The position numbers were made by a program, and so were the translations under genes. Below, one piece after another: positions 17,909-19,095 of a stretch of DNA of 19,095 bases. The stretch is taken from contig SHMW01000083.1 in NCBI GenBank assembly GCA_008080735.1, forward strand, positions 1 to 19,095, given 5' to 3'. Every line of letters starts with the position of its first letter. The first letter of the stretch is position 1. The notes under the pieces were generated by a model. The model did no database searches and was not told the DNA's origin. It was given only the letters and a program-made list of their open reading frames with translations. Source of the stretch: Promethearchaeota archaeon (GTDB lineage: Archaea; Asgardarchaeota; Lokiarchaeia; Sigyniarchaeales; SOKP01).

Positions 17909-18802
17909 ATAATCACAAATTACATCTGCCAAAGAAACTTTGCTAAGCTCATTATCAATAGAATCAGTACCTATGATTTCATCCCCTCCCGCAGCTAAAA
18001 TTCGATATTTAGCATTTTGAAGCATTAAGGCATGAGTTGCTGCGGCATATACTTTATTCGCACCGCTTTCTTTTGAAATCTTAATTGCCTCTGACATTGT
18101 ACCTCCAGTTGCGATAATATCATCCGCGATAACAATGTCTTTATTTTCTAAGCTCAATTGTCCTGACATTGTGATTTCACCTGTCTTTACATCTCTCTTT
18201 TTTTCAAAAAAATCAACCGGTACGTTTTCTCCAAAATGCTTCGCAAAGGCTTTCGATCTCTCTACCGCACCTTTATCTGGGGAGACCACTACTATGTCCT
18301 TCGCTCCGGAAGATTTTATATAATCTGCCAAAATTTTCATAGAATCAATGTTTACCGTCTTACAGCTTAACTCCTCTAAAATATCCGGATTGTGAATATC
18401 TACTACATAGAACTCATCAATTTCCATTGAATTGATCAATCTCAGGACAACCCTTGCAAATTCCGATTCCCCCGGGCGAAAAATCTTATCCTGTCTGGCA
18501 TATGCGAGATATGGAACAACGATGATTATTTTTGCTACTCCAATTCGTTTTACAGCGTCTATTATCATAAATAACTCAAATAGCCGGGAATTTTGGTCTC
18601 TACTCGCACTTGGACCAGTAGATTGTACAATTATGATTTCTTTTCCTTCTAAAATGGTTTCATCTTCAAGATTAAGCCGTAAATAATTCTCGCCATCGGG
18701 AAATGTTTTGAATTCTGTGTTTATATGGGGTATATTTAGGTTTTTAGCAATCTTGACTCCAAGCATCTGAGAGGCGGGACCTACGATTAAAAATTTGTTC
18801 AT
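17900..18802 (-). CDS. prs: Ribose-phosphate pyrophosphokinase
   Basis: FPDGENYLR, VPYLAYARQDK.F..GE, VDIH, SPDKGA and IADDIIATGGTM (PRPP-binding loop). Confidence 0.97.
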   Translation of the reverse strand: MNKFLIVGPASQMLGVKIAKNLNIPHINTEFKTFPDGENYLRLNLEDETILEGKEIIIVQSTGPSASRDQNSRLFELFMIIDAVKRIGVAKIIIVVPYLAYARQDKIFRPGESEFARVVLRLINSMEIDEFYVVDIHNPDILEELSCKTVNIDSMKILADYIKSSGAKDIVVVSPDKGAVERSKAFAKHFGENVPVDFFEKKRDVKTGEITMSGQLSLENKDIVIADDIIATGGTMSEAIKISKESGANKVYAAATHALMLQNAKYRILAAGGDEIIGTDSIDNELSKVSLADVICDYLK

Positions 18803-18856
18803 CTTAGTTCACAAATAAGAATTTGTACTAATAATTAAATATAGATTACTTTAAAA

Positions 18857-19095
18857 CTAAGTTTTTAAAAATTCTAAAGTTTTCTGAAAAAGATCTTCTC
18901 GATGATTCTTAAAAGAATGACCTCCCGTATCATAAATAATTACATTCGAATCCGGTAGATTGAGGTGTTCTTGGATTGATTTTAGGTTTTCAAAAGGTAT
19001 CTGAGGATCATCCCTACAATGGGCTAAAAGAATGCGATCTTTATTCGATGATTTGTCTTCAAGAAAATAGACAGGACTAATTTTTCTAATCACAT
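18857..19095 (-). CDS. C-terminal fragment of a probable alpha/beta hydrolase (truncated by the window edge)
   Basis: ILLAHCRDDPQIPF and TGGHSF resemble the acid and His catalytic-triad motifs. The reading frame is open to the window end. Confidence 0.7.
   Translation of the reverse strand, partial: VIRKISPVYFLEDKSSNKDRILLAHCRDDPQIPFENLKSIQEHLNLPDSNVIIYDTGGHSFKNHREDLFQKTLEFLKT

Noticed and set aside
1-19095. Selenoprotein (UGA readthrough) or SECIS, tRNA genes, CRISPR arrays
   Set aside because: By eye I found no in-frame UGA at a conserved Cys position, no tRNA cloverleaf with a GTTCRA T-loop and no repeat-spacer array.

Overview
AT-rich archaeal chromosomal window, most likely an Asgard archaeon of the Lokiarchaeia type. 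This is inferred from the group II thermosome, eL38, eL40, Pth2, archaeal AspRS, type II MetAP, Alba and an Rpn11-like JAMM protein. Most of the window is housekeeping: chaperonin, ribosomal proteins, NusA-like, pth2, truD, aspS, map and prs. Accessory genes include an orphan Mod-like DNA methyltransferase, an EFR1 flavodoxin-ferredoxin and hypothetical proteins. Two short genes missed by the ORF track were found by hand: rpl40e (3986-4147, -) and a 55-aa CxxC/CxxC zinc-finger protein (15377-15544, -). The most striking feature is a 513-nt element (13348-13860) with no credible ORF. It is closed by a perfect 11-bp terminal helix, has an archaeal BRE/TATA promoter upstream and a U-tract downstream on the minus strand, and contains many G-U-containing helices, a candidate pseudoknot and repeated motifs. 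It looks like a large structured ncRNA in which I cannot find the signature motifs of 5S rRNA, SRP RNA or RNase P RNA. All folding was done by eye.
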